This document shows, in pieces, positions 10,743-20,404 of a stretch of 64,000 nucleotides of DNA (its first letter is position 1; each line of letters begins with the position of its first letter). A program made the position numbers and the translations under genes. This DNA comes from an uncultured Planctomycetota bacterium (GTDB taxonomy: Bacteria; Planctomycetota; Planctomycetia; Gemmatales; Gemmataceae): NCBI GenBank assembly GCA_963849325.1, contig CAWKHF010000002.1, positions 96,001-160,000 on the forward strand, in the 5' to 3' direction. The notes beneath the pieces are model-generated. The model was not told the DNA's origin. It was given only the letters and a program-made list of their open reading frames with translations, and searched no databases.

Positions 10743-12023
10743 TTATAGACCCTGGATCATGCCTCGTGGGATGCGGAAGCGGAACGCGCCCGCCCGCCCG
10801 AAGGCCGAGGCCGGCAGTTCCAGCCCCAGGTACTCCACGTTTTTCGGCGGCACCGGAAAGACCAGGACTTCTTTCACCTGATGTCCGGGGTTCAGCGCGT
10901 CCACGTCGGCGCGGCCCACGACTTTCCAGCCTGCGTCAAAAGTTTTTTGAGTATAAGTACGGCCTGTATTGTCCGTCAAAGTCGGCGCGTGTTTGCTGGG
11001 CGAGCCGGTGAGGTCGGCCCACGGCTCATAGGGAGTCTGCTGAGAAAGGACCCCATCGTAGCTAACGCGCAGGCGGATCGCCAGGTGTTTGTCCGGCGAC
11101 AGGGTGCCGTTGCCCGAGCGATTTTTCAGCTCGACCCGGCCCACTTGCACGGAAACGACCTGCACGCGCACGTCCTCTCTCCGCAGGGCGTTGGCGGCGG
11201 CGTCCACCCAGTCGTCCTCCGCGACGGCCGGGTGAGCGGACATTCCACCGGGTCCGAAGGGGACGGCGACGGCGACGGGTGGCGGCGGCGGGGAAGAAGT
11301 CGGCCAAGCTCCCACGAAGAGCAAAGCGAAAAGGCACAGGAAGGATACGGCGACGGGGGCGATCCATCTCGTCCGGCGCCGCAGGGCGGGCAGCACGCCG
11401 GCCAACAGGCCGATCAATAAGCCCAGGGCGGCCAACGGCTTGGTCAGGAAGCTCAGATCGGCGAAGGAAGCCAGCAAAAGGGCCACGCTGCCGCAAAACA
11501 AGGCCGCCGCCGTGCCGCCATCGAGCCGGCGCAAGCGTTCGATCCAGGAAACCGGCTCGTCGGGTTCGTCCGCGCTCTCGTGCTCGAAGCGGGCGCGGGT
11601 CGGAAGTGGGATTTTCGCCGGCTCGGTTCGTACAGTCGTGCCGGAGAACACGGCAAGCGGGACGGGTGGAAGAGGAGGAGGAGATGTCGTTGTCTTCTCG
11701 GCCGCCGGATCGTTTCGTTTGACCGAATCATCGCCTACGGATGCGGTCGATTCCTCGTCCGGCCGGATCGGGACGCGCTTCGGCTCGTTTGTCTCCAGCA
11801 AGGGGGAGGATACCCACCACGGCTCCGAAGGGAGAGAAGGAGAAGAGGACGCCGTCGTCTCGGGGAGAGGGACTGGCCCCGTGGAGGACACCCACCACGG
11901 CTCGGCAGGAGGTGAACCCATAGGCGAGTCGGCCCGGTTCCCGCACGCGGGACAAATCCTTGTCTTGCCCGGAGGAGATTCGCTTGTCCTCAGAGTTCCC
12001 TTGCAGACGGGACATTCCGCCAT
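10743..12023 (-). CDS. Hypothetical membrane protein with N-terminal Zn ribbon
   Basis: CPVC..CPAC, Pro-rich linker with two EPWWVSS repeats, three hydrophobic segments, C-terminal beta-rich domain. Confidence 0.7.
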   Translation of the reverse strand: MAECPVCKGTLRTSESPPGKTRICPACGNRADSPMGSPPAEPWWVSSTGPVPLPETTASSSPSLPSEPWWVSSPLLETNEPKRVPIRPDEESTASVGDDSVKRNDPAAEKTTTSPPPLPPVPLAVFSGTTVRTEPAKIPLPTRARFEHESADEPDEPVSWIERLRRLDGGTAAALFCGSVALLLASFADLSFLTKPLAALGLLIGLLAGVLPALRRRTRWIAPVAVSFLCLFALLFVGAWPTSSPPPPPVAVAVPFGPGGMSAHPAVAEDDWVDAAANALRREDVRVQVVSVQVGRVELKNRSGNGTLSPDKHLAIRLRVSYDGVLSQQTPYEPWADLTGSPSKHAPTLTDNTGRTYTQKTFDAGWKVVGRADVDALNPGHQVKEVLVFPVPPKNVEYLGLELPASAFGRAGAFRFRIPRGMIQGL

Positions 12024-12263
12024 GAGGTGATCCACCCCTGTAGCGAGCCGGCCGACCGCCGACTCCATCGCTCTCCTTTCGACTGACCCCCGGCGGTCCT
12101 TTCCGGGATCCCATCGCCACGGCAACGGCTTGATTGTACCGGAGACCGGGAACGGTTGATAGGGTCGGAAGCCTCTTCTTTTTTGAACGAATCGACGTTG
12201 CTGCGGTTAGAATGTAGTGAGAAGCCGTGCGCGGTTTCGAGTGGACGGACGAAAGGTATTTGG

Positions 12264-12324
12264 CCGAGCCTGAAGCGTAAGCGCAGAGAGCGAAGGGCGC
12301 TCTTCGCTTACGCTTCAGGCTCGG
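12264..12324. repeat. REP-like palindrome, family B (CCGAGCCTGAAGCGTAAGCG...)
   Basis: Inverted repeat; copies at 14970, 50046, 53462 and variants at 30347, 46646, 49921. Confidence 0.88.
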
Positions 12325-12356
12325 AGGGAATCTTGTGTCCGAAGAAAGAGAATACC

Positions 12357-13156
12357 GTGCCCAGATTATCACCTCAGGACCGTTCGCGTGGCTTCACGCT
12401 GATTGAGTTGTTGGTGGTGATCGCCATCATCGCCATCCTCATCGGCCTGCTGCTGCCGGCCGTGCAGAAGGTGCGCGAGGCCGCCGCACGCACGCAGGGC
12501 ACCAACAACCTCAAGCAGGTCGGCGTGGCGGCCCAGAGCTATCACGATACCTACAACCGGCTGCCCGACAACGGCGGGCCGAACACGTCCCTGAACCCGA
12601 CGAATTGGTGCTGGGCCTTCCAGTTACTGCCCTTCCTCGAGCAGACGGCGGTCTTCACTAACCAGCCCACGAATGTCGGTATCAAGACATACCTGTGTCC
12701 GGCGCGGGGTCGCAGCGGCTTCGCCACCGTGCAGAGCAGCACCAGCGGGGTCAACGTGCCGCTGGGGCCGTACACCGATTACGCCATCAACGGCGTTTCG
12801 TTCAGCGGTCCCGGCTCGACGTTGACCCTGACCGTCATCACGCCGCCAACGGGACGAGCAACACCATCCTGGGCGGCGAGAAGGCCATGGACACCAGCCA
12901 CTACAACAACACTCAGAGCGGGGGAACGATCTGGGACGAGCCGATTTACAGCGGCGGCTGGGGCAGCACCGGGCGCGGCAATCCCAATATCCTCCGCGAT
13001 GCGCCCGGCAATAGCTATCCGGGCAACTGGGGCGCGCCGTTCGGCGGCGGCGCCCTGTTCGTGCTCTGCGATGGCAGCGTGCGCCTGGTCCCGTTCGGCT
13101 TCAACCTCAGTGCCGCTCTTAATTACCAGAACACCACGCCGGGCACCTTGCCCTGA
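12357..13156 (+). CDS. DUF1559 prepilin-type protein; frameshift near 12845
   Basis: [32 protein letters not shown]; the C-terminal [12 protein letters not shown] ... LCDGSVR is in the next frame. Confidence 0.88.
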
Positions 13157-13335
13157 GCGCCGCCTCCGCGCAGCGCGCTCCGCTGCGCGTCGCGGCTAAA
13201 CCTGGAACTTTTGAAGGAACGGCTTCTTTCGTACCCGTTTTGGCCTGGACGATGGGGCACACCTCCCCTTATAGGAGATCATGCCGGCGGCCAACGCTCT
13301 CCCCCGGCAATCCCTCCTCGCGGGAGAACGACAAG

Positions 13336-14964
13336 ATGCTCCGAGAGTTGTTTGCCTGGCGCGGTCAACGATCCGCTCCGCGGTCTTCTTTCCAGCCGGC
13401 GCTCGAACGGCTGGAGGACCGTCTCTGCCCGACCGTGTATTCCCTGACCGATCTGGGCACTCTGGGCGAAGCCCCGGTCGGCGCCGCGGCGATCAACTCC
13501 TCCGGCCAGGTTGTCGGTTCGTCGCTCACTTCCAGCGGCGCCGAACACGCTTTCCTCTCTGCCGGCGGCTCGTTGACCGACCTGGGCACTCTCGACGGCT
13601 ACGCCGCCAGCACCGCTCTCGGTATCAACGCCTCCGGCCAGGTCGTCGGGGAGGTGGACAACTCCTCCAGCGCCAGCGGACGAGCGTTCCTCTACCAAAA
13701 CGGGCAGATGACCGACCTGAATAGCCTGGTTTCTTCGTCTCCCGGTACGTTGATCCAAGCCTATTCCATCAATGACGGCGGGCAGATCGCCGGCGACCTG
13801 CTTGCGTCGGACGGCGCCGTCCACGCTTTCCTCTTCAGCAAGGGGACCGCGACCGACCTGGGCACGCTCGGCCCGGCCGGCAGCTACGCCACCGGCCTCA
13901 ACAACGCCGGCCAGGTCGCCGGCTACTACGACACCACCACCTCCGCCAACTCCGGCGCCGAACACGCCTTCCTCTTCAGTGGCGGCCGCATGATCGACCT
14001 GGGCACGCTCGGCGGCTCCGAGAGCGTGGCCTTCGGCATCAATGCCTCGGGGCAGGTCGCCGGTTTGGCCACGACGTCGAGCGGAGCGGCCCACGCTTTT
14101 CTCTACAGCGACGGCCACATGACGGACCTGGGTACGCTCGCCGGTTTCAACCAGAGCACCGCCGCCGCCATCAACGACGCCGGTCAGGTCGTCGGCGCCG
14201 CGGCCAAAAGCGGCGGCGAAATATCCTTTCCCACGGACGCTTTTCTCTACAGCGACGGGACCATGACCGACCTCAACAGCCTCCTGCCTCCGGGTGCCAA
14301 CGTGAAGCTGGCGGAGGCGTTCGCCATCAACGATCGTGGGCAAATCGTGGCCCTGGGATCGGACAGCCACCTCTATCTCTTGAACCCGCAGCAGGCCACG
14401 GGGACCGCCATCACGAACGGCATGGTCGCCCCCGGCACGTTCTCGATCGGCAACGGCGGTCAGCCGGTGACGGTCTCGGCCACGGTCAACGCCAACGACT
14501 CTTCCGCCATCGCGGGCACCGTGGTCTTCTCCCTGGTCGGTCCGAACGGGACACTGGTTAGCGATGGTCCCAACGGCGTCTCCATGGCTGCCGGCGGGCA
14601 GGCGACCGACACGCTGACGGTCCCGGCCGCGACGGCGCTCGGAACGTATGGTCTCCAGGTGTCCTACCTCGGCGACGGTCAGACGACGACACGGTTCTTC
14701 GCCGGGGCACTGACCATCAACGCGGCCAGCGCTCCGCCTTCGTCTCCCTCACCGTCCTCACCGCCGCCGACTCTCTTCCAGGCGTTGTACGCGGTGTACG
14801 TTGACGGGATCGAGTTGGCGCTTGACGTGCTGTCGCACAAGGATGTGTCGGCCGTGCAAGCCAGCCTCGCCGCCACTCTGCCCTACGCTGGATCTTTCGG
14901 GCCGCTGTTCGAGCTGCTCGGCATTCAGGCCGTGTTCAACTCCTCGGGATCGCGAAGCACGTAA
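13336..14964 (+). CDS. Extracellular HAF-repeat protein with planctomycete LERLEDR motif
   Basis: PALERLEDR; repeated DLGTLG...A.INxxGQVVG...HAFLY; Ig-like segment and Pro/Ser linker. Confidence 0.88.
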   Translation: MLRELFAWRGQRSAPRSSFQPALERLEDRLCPTVYSLTDLGTLGEAPVGAAAINSSGQVVGSSLTSSGAEHAFLSAGGSLTDLGTLDGYAASTALGINASGQVVGEVDNSSSASGRAFLYQNGQMTDLNSLVSSSPGTLIQAYSINDGGQIAGDLLASDGAVHAFLFSKGTATDLGTLGPAGSYATGLNNAGQVAGYYDTTTSANSGAEHAFLFSGGRMIDLGTLGGSESVAFGINASGQVAGLATTSSGAAHAFLYSDGHMTDLGTLAGFNQSTAAAINDAGQVVGAAAKSGGEISFPTDAFLYSDGTMTDLNSLLPPGANVKLAEAFAINDRGQIVALGSDSHLYLLNPQQATGTAITNGMVAPGTFSIGNGGQPVTVSATVNANDSSAIAGTVVFSLVGPNGTLVSDGPNGVSMAAGGQATDTLTVPAATALGTYGLQVSYLGDGQTTTRFFAGALTINAASAPPSSPSPSSPPPTLFQALYAVYVDGIELALDVLSHKDVSAVQASLAATLPYAGSFGPLFELLGIQAVFNSSGSRST

Positions 14965-14969
14965 GACAA

Positions 14970-15033
14970 TCTTTCGGAGCCTGAAGCGTCAGCGAAGGGC
15001 ATTTCCTTCGCTGACGCTTCAGGCTCCGAAAGA
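14970..15033. repeat. REP-like palindrome, family B variant
   Basis: tctttcggagcctgaagcgtcagcgaagg ... ccttcgctgacgcttcaggctccgaaaga, between convergent genes. Confidence 0.88.
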
Positions 15034-15564
15034 AGCTCCCCGCAGGGCTTGACGCCACGACCGTCCGCGCGCCCGTTCGTCGCGCACGTGGCGAATCGTC
15101 GCCCAAACTTCATCGGCGACGGCGAGGGTCGTCAGGATGGAGCAGACGGCCGAGGCCAGGCAGAGCGTGCAGTAATGGCCGAAGAAGAGAGGTTGGCTCG
15201 CCGCCAGTGCTACGCCGCTGACACCGAGGCCGCCGGCCATCAGTCCCAGTGCCAGCACGGCCCACGGCGCCGTACGCCAACGCCGCTGTCCGCCGAGGCA
15301 GTCGAGTACCGCGTCGAACCCATACGCCACGGCGCCCAGCGACGCATCGGGTACCGGCAGCAAACGGGCGATGGCCGACTCCTTGAGGATGACCTTGCTG
15401 CCGTCACCGAAAAACGGCTCCCAAACGCTCGTCAACACATCGACCTGGTAGAGCGTAAGGTAAGTGGCGATGGCACAGCCGAGCACGCTGAGGAGGAAGG
15501 TCGGTAGCCGCCTCGGCCACATCGAGGGGTTGTGCGTCCAGCCGGAGGGAAGGGGGTCTGACAT
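15019..15564 (-). CDS. Vitamin K epoxide reductase family membrane protein
   Basis: PSGWTHNPS.W..R, WEPFFGDGS, PDASLGA..Y, CTLCLASA redox motif, four TM segments. Confidence 0.85.
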   Translation of the reverse strand: MSDPLPSGWTHNPSMWPRRLPTFLLSVLGCAIATYLTLYQVDVLTSVWEPFFGDGSKVILKESAIARLLPVPDASLGAVAYGFDAVLDCLGGQRRWRTAPWAVLALGLMAGGLGVSGVALAASQPLFFGHYCTLCLASAVCSILTTLAVADEVWATIRHVRDERARGRSWRQALRGASFGA

Positions 15565-15754
15565 CAGGGTTCCCGCTTGTTGAGGTTGGCCGCCGTCCGT
15601 TCGCCGCGCCGATGGGAAGGACCACAAACTACTCGGCAAAAGCGAGGCCGAAGCCGCCCGCGCAGAGAGGCCAAATTTTTTGTCTGGCAAGCCGCCGGGC
15701 AATCCTCCACAATAATGGAGAGCCGCCTTGTACCCACCTTGAAGGAACCCGACC

Positions 15755-17389
15755 ATGATGCTCTGCCGACGCACGGTCGCCATTCTCGTCCTCGGCCTCG
15801 TCGTTCCCGCCTTCCTGGGCGCCGAAGCGCCGGTCGCCGGGCCGAAGCTGCCGGCCAAACTAGCCCTGACTGGCCTGGCCCCCTCGAAGCTCGTCCCCGA
15901 CCTGTGCATCGTGCGCTATCGCATCAGCACGACCTCGCCGGAATGTCAGGCGTTCTTCGATCAGGGACTCGGTTACTTTTATTCCTACGTGTGGATGGAA
16001 GCGGCCCGCTCGTTCGAGACCGCCCTGGGCTACGACCCGGAGTGCCCGCTGGCCTGGTGGGGCCTGAGCCGTGCCCTGGAACGCTGGGGCAAAAAGAACC
16101 ACACCGAGGCGCTCTTGAAGGCGAGCAAGTTTCAGGCTCGGGCCAGCCACCGCGAACAGCAGCTCATCCTGGCCAGCATGCAAGAGAAGGGCCACGCTCC
16201 CGGCGTCGGCGACGCCGACAAGCGCAAGAAGGCGGCCATCGCCACCCTCGATAACCTCATCGCGCTGTACGAGGACGATGAGGAAGCATGGTACTACCGC
16301 GCTCAGCTGGCGGCCAACGGCGGCTTGCACGGCGGCCTGGCCGCGTCGGTGCCGTTTTACAAGGCCCTTCTTCGTATCAATTCGCTGCATCCCGGCGCCA
16401 ATCACGAACTGCTGCACTACTACGAAAACTCGCGGCGACCGGCGCTGGGCTGGATTCACGCCGAGAAGTACATCCAGTCGTCGCCGGGCCTGCCGCACGC
16501 CTTCCACATGCAGGCCCACCTGGCCATGCGCATCGGCAAGTGGGGACAAACCACCGACCGCTCCGCCCACGCCATCGAACTGGAACGCGCCTACCACAAG
16601 GAGATGAACGTCAAGCCCAGGCAGGACGACCAGTATGCTCACCACCTGGAGACGCTGCTGCGTTCGCTCATCCACGACGGCCGCTTCGCCGAAGCGCGGG
16701 CCATCGAAACGGAGCAGCGCGCCTGCGGCTTCAAGTCCGGCCTGACCTGGTTCCAGTTGCACCTGGCCGAGCGCGACGGACCCGGAGCACGGAAGATCAT
16801 CGACGAGATGCGCAAGACCAGCAAGGGCGACAAGGCGACGCCGGCCTATCTTTCCGCCCTGCTCGCTCTCAAGCAGGGGGAGGCGGCGCGGGCGCTGCCG
16901 GAGATCGAGGTCATGCAGCACGCCTTCCGCGACCGGCACGACAAACGGCTGGAGTTTCGCCTGTGGGAGACGCAGGGCTGGTACATGTGCCAGACCGGCG
17001 ACGCCGACGCGGGCCTGAAACTGCTGGCCCGCGTCGTCGAGAAAACCAAGGACGACTACAGCCATCACGCCTGGGGCAACGGCGCCTATTACATGGAGAC
17101 GTGGGGCATCGCCGCTTTGCAAGCCGGCCGAGAGGCGATCGCGGAAGAAGCGTTTCTCGAAGCGCTGGCGCACGACGCCGCCAGTGTGCGCGGCGCCCTG
17201 GGCATGCAGGTTTTGTGCGAACATCAGGGCCGCACGGAGGAAGCGCGTCGCTTCGGCGATCTGGCGCGGCGCTGCTGGGGCCGGGCCAACTCAGACAGTT
17301 TGACGGCCGAGTTAACCGCCCTGCGCTCCGAGCGCTATAGCGTTCGGCGAGCTGAAGCGGTGCCGAGCGATTCCTCGACTCGTCATTGA
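15755..17389 (+). CDS. Secreted TPR-containing protein
   Basis: Signal peptide, helical TPR-like repeats (Q.FFDQGL...Y, DPECPLAWWG), His-rich motifs. Confidence 0.75.
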   Translation: MMLCRRTVAILVLGLVVPAFLGAEAPVAGPKLPAKLALTGLAPSKLVPDLCIVRYRISTTSPECQAFFDQGLGYFYSYVWMEAARSFETALGYDPECPLAWWGLSRALERWGKKNHTEALLKASKFQARASHREQQLILASMQEKGHAPGVGDADKRKKAAIATLDNLIALYEDDEEAWYYRAQLAANGGLHGGLAASVPFYKALLRINSLHPGANHELLHYYENSRRPALGWIHAEKYIQSSPGLPHAFHMQAHLAMRIGKWGQTTDRSAHAIELERAYHKEMNVKPRQDDQYAHHLETLLRSLIHDGRFAEARAIETEQRACGFKSGLTWFQLHLAERDGPGARKIIDEMRKTSKGDKATPAYLSALLALKQGEAARALPEIEVMQHAFRDRHDKRLEFRLWETQGWYMCQTGDADAGLKLLARVVEKTKDDYSHHAWGNGAYYMETWGIAALQAGREAIAEEAFLEALAHDAASVRGALGMQVLCEHQGRTEEARRFGDLARRCWGRANSDSLTAELTALRSERYSVRRAEAVPSDSSTRH

Positions 17390-17406
17390 GCGCGGAGTTA
17401 TCCGCC

Positions 17407-17856
17407 TCACACGGTCGCGGGATCGACGACTGCGATACCTGGCCCAAATCGCGCCATCCGAACGAAGTGAGCGACGTTGAACGTCAGCAAATGTGTCACT
17501 GCATGTATGTGACAAACGGCAACGAGGCGGGCATCGTGGACCTGCTTGCCGACAATCCCCAGCGTAACCACGAGGGCCTTCCAGGCTGGATAGATGTCCG
17601 GCGTCTCCTTCAGAAGCGGGAACTTCGTCTCGAATATTGCTGCCTTCACCTCCGCGTCCACCGCCGACAATCCCAGGCCGTTCACGGCCCTGGGGCGGGT
17701 GGCCATGTTGCGGAACTCGACGAGGTTCTGTGCCGTGACGTGCAGCACCTCACCGCGTCGGTGCAATTCCATCACCGCTCGGTCGGCAAGGGAGTGGTGT
17801 GCGTCCGCCTTGTTCGCCAAGCGGCTCAATATGCTGGTGTCGAGCAGGTAAGCCAC
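17407..17856 (-). CDS. vapC: Type II TA toxin, VapC/PIN domain
   Basis: YLLDTSIL, QNLVEF, VHDARLVA, LLTFN..HF. Confidence 0.88.
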   Translation of the reverse strand: MAYLLDTSILSRLANKADAHHSLADRAVMELHRRGEVLHVTAQNLVEFRNMATRPRAVNGLGLSAVDAEVKAAIFETKFPLLKETPDIYPAWKALVVTLGIVGKQVHDARLVAVCHIHAVTHLLTFNVAHFVRMARFGPGIAVVDPATV

Positions 17857-18089
17857 TAATCGTACAGTCCTTCGCTGCTCAAGGCCTCGTCGGACAGGGA
17901 TACGCCACAGTCCGTCGCCGCTTCGCGCAGGCCGCGCTCCCACTCATCCCGAGGCTCGAGCAGCGTGGTCGGGAGGGGAAGGAACCTCTCGCGCAGGGCG
18001 TCGAGGGCCAGGACATCGGGAGCAATTCCCTGCTGGCGTGCCCGCTCGTTCAGGGCGGCCTCCAACTCGGGGGTAAGCGTGATAACCAT
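17856..18089 (-). CDS. Putative antitoxin
   Basis: 77 aa, MVITLTPELEAALNERARQQG..., acidic tail LSDEALSSEGLYD, overlaps the vapC start. Confidence 0.75.
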   Translation of the reverse strand: MVITLTPELEAALNERARQQGIAPDVLALDALRERFLPLPTTLLEPRDEWERGLREAATDCGVSLSDEALSSEGLYD

Positions 18090-18156
18090 TGCTATTCCTC
18101 CGTGTTCAAGTTTCCGGCGGTATGATACCTGATGCGCCGGCGACGTGCAAACCGGC

Positions 18157-19764
18157 TTAGACAGCGGATAATGGCGCATAACGCGCCAGGATGGCCTTGG
18201 CGGAACGCAGACCATCGACGGCGGCGCTGACGATGCCGCCGGCGTAGCCGGCCCCCTCGCCGACCGGATACAGCCCTTCCATCCCCGGCGTCTCCCGTGT
18301 CGCGTCATCGCGGACGATCCGCACCGGGGCGCTGCCGCGCGCCTCGGGACCGACCAGCGTCGCCTCGGGCAGGAACCGGCCGCGCCAGCGACGGTCCATG
18401 ATCGGCAGGCCGTGCCGCAGCGCCTCGACGACCAGCGGCGGCACCAGCTCGGCGATGCGGCCGGGCACCGCTCCGCGCGGATAGCTGTTGGCCGGCACGT
18501 CCGGCGTATCGCGGCCGGCGAGGAAATCGCCGACACGCTGGATCGGACAGAGGTAATCGCGCCGGCCCATCTCGAAGGCCCGCTGCTCGTACACCTGCTG
18601 CAAACGCACGCCGGCCAGCACGTCGTCGCCGCCGAAATGCTCCGGCGGCACCGTCACCACCAGGCCGCTGTTGGCGAACGGCGAATCGTGCTTGGACAGG
18701 CTCATGCCGTTGGTGCAGAACGCTCCCGGCTCCGACACGCTCGGCATGATGTAGCCGCCGGCGCACATGCAGAAGGTGAACAGGTCGTGCGGGCCGTTGG
18801 CGACCAGCGAATAATCGGCCGCTCCCAAGCCGCTGCTCCAGCGGCGTCGGGCCGTACTGCACGCGGTTGACCGTCTCCTGCGGAGTGCTCGATGCGCACG
18901 CCCATCTGGAACGGCTTGGGCACCATCGGCACGCCGCGCGCAGCAGCATTTCGATAGGTGTCGCGGGCGCTGTGGCCGATGGCCAGCACGGCCACGGACG
19001 CCGGGACGTAACCCGAGGACGTCGCCAGGCCGCGCAGCCGGCCGTCGGCCAGGTCGAGGTCCTCGACGCGGCAGGAGAAACGCACCTCGCCGCCCAGCGC
19101 CTCGATGCGGCGGCGGAGGGCCTTGACCACGGCCGGCAGGCGGTTGCTGCCCAGGTGCGGCCGGGCGTCGTAGAGGATCGACGGCTTGCCCTTGCACTCG
19201 GCGAACAGTTCCAGCACGCGGCGCACGTCCGGGCCGGAGTTGCGGTAGGTCAGCTTGCCGTCGCTGAAGGTGCCGGCCCCGCCCTCGCCGAACAGGTAGT
19301 TGCTCTCCGGATCGAGCGGCCCGCCCGCGTCGAAGGCGCGGACGTCGCGGATGCGGTCGCGCACGGCTCGGCCGCGCTCCAGCACCAGCGGCCGATAGCC
19401 CTGCTCCGCCAGGAAGTACGCCGCCACCAGACCGCCGGGCCCGGAGCCGACGACCACCGGCCGATGCGTCAGCGGCCGCGTGCCGGGCGGCGGCAAGGTG
19501 AACGGCGTCTCCTGATAGACGTCGATGCGGGCCATGCCGTGGCGAACGCGGCGCGGCCAGGCGTGCCTCGTCCTCCGGCAGCGAGACCTCGGCGGTGTAG
19601 ACGAACTGCAGAGCATCCTTGTTGCGGGCGTCGAGGCTCTTGCGGAGGATGCGCCAGCGGCCCAGAGCGGCGGAAGCGAGTCCCAGAATCCGCGCCAGGC
19701 GTTCGGGCAGGGCGCTCTCAGGCTCGTCCACGCTCAGGCGGACGTTGGAGATGCGCAGCGACAT
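18157..19764 (-). CDS. FAD-dependent oxidoreductase (NAD(P)/FAD-dependent); several frameshifts
   Basis: VVGSGPGGL, FGEGGAGTFSDGKL, FCMCAGG, GEGAGYAGGIVSAAVDG across several frames. Confidence 0.85.
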   Translation of the reverse strand: MSLRISNVRLSVDEPESALPERLARILGLASAALGRWRILRKSLDARNKDALQFVYTAEVSLPEDEARLAAPRSPRHGPHRRLSGDAVHLAAARHAAADASAGGRRLRARRSGGGVLPGGAGLSAAGAGARPSRARPHPRRPRLRRGRAARSGEQLPVRRGRGRHLQRRQADLPQLRPGRAPRAGTVRRVQGQAVDPLRRPAAPGQQPPAGRGQGPPPPHRGAGRRGAFLLPRRGPRPGRRPAARPGDVLGLRPGVRGRAGHRPQRPRHLSKCCCARRADGAQAVPDGRAHRALRRRRSTACSTARRRWSSGLGAADYSLVANGPHDLFTFCMCAGGYIMPSVSEPGAFCTNGMSLSKHDSPFANSGLVVTVPPEHFGGDDVLAGVRLQQVYEQRAFEMGRRDYLCPIQRVGDFLAGRDTPDVPANSYPRGAVPGRIAELVPPLVVEALRHGLPIMDRRWRGRFLPEATLVGPEARGSAPVRIVRDDATRETPGMEGLYPVGEGAGYAGGIVSAAVDGLRSAKAILARYAPLSAV

Positions 19765-19771
19765 GCTCCGC

Positions 19772-19818
19772 TCGTGGATCGCGGAACGCGGATCGAAGAG
19801 ATACGATCCACGATCCGC
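19772..19818. repeat. Degenerate heptamer hairpin (TCGCGGA)n ... (TCCACGA/TCCGCG)
   Basis: tcgtggatcgcggaacgcggatcg aagagata cgatccacgatccgcg. Confidence 0.6.
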
Positions 19819-19831
19819 GCGCGGATGCGAT

Positions 19832-20239
19832 TTACTTGCCCTTTTTGCCGACCAGCTGCGAGATTCTGACCGAGCCCAGATGCTTGCGGATCTGGTCGGC
19901 GCTCTCCTTGCAGATGGAGTCGAGCTTGCTGTTGAGGGGGCCGTTCTTCTTTTCGCCGCTGAGCGGGGCCAGACCACGGATCGGCCCATCGACGGCTTCG
20001 AGGATCTCCAGCAGCGAAATGTCGCTAGCCGGCTTGGCCAGGCGATAACCGCCGTTAGGACCCTTGATGGAGAGAAGCACGCGGGCCGACACCAGCGGCT
20101 TGAGCACCTTGAGCAGGAAGCGTTCCGGGATTTTCCGGGCCTTGGCGATGACGTGCGAGGCCACCGGCTCGTTGCTGCCCGAGTCCGCCATGTAGGCCAC
20201 GGCGTGCAAGGCATAACTGGAAGCACGTGTGAGTTTCAT
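19832..20239 (-). CDS. Rrf2 family transcriptional regulator
   Basis: MKLTRASSYALHA, IPERFLLKVL..L, S.KGPNGGY.LAKP...ISLLEILEAVDG. Confidence 0.93.
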   Translation of the reverse strand: MKLTRASSYALHAVAYMADSGSNEPVASHVIAKARKIPERFLLKVLKPLVSARVLLSIKGPNGGYRLAKPASDISLLEILEAVDGPIRGLAPLSGEKKNGPLNSKLDSICKESADQIRKHLGSVRISQLVGKKGK

Positions 20240-20404
20240 AACAGCCTAACGGTCGTCCGTTTCCGGGCGACACCTACTCCTCTAGGGGAACGGGACGAAA
20301 AGGGAAAAGGCGATTCGCTCTGCAACGCTACCCGGCGTCTTGAGGGGTTGCACCCTACCGTCCACTCGGCATTGAGTGAAGGGGTCTAGATGAAGAAAGC
20401 CGTC

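Noticed and set aside
14970-15033. Palindromes between convergent genes as intrinsic terminators
   Set aside because: They belong to dispersed repeat families and mostly lack U-tracts, so they are annotated as repeats, though a termination role is not excluded
17407-18089. VapBC modules (also 54875-55503), the AAA ATPase and Uma2 as a defence island
   Set aside because: They are scattered stand-alone genes common in such genomes, with no clustering and no mobility genes
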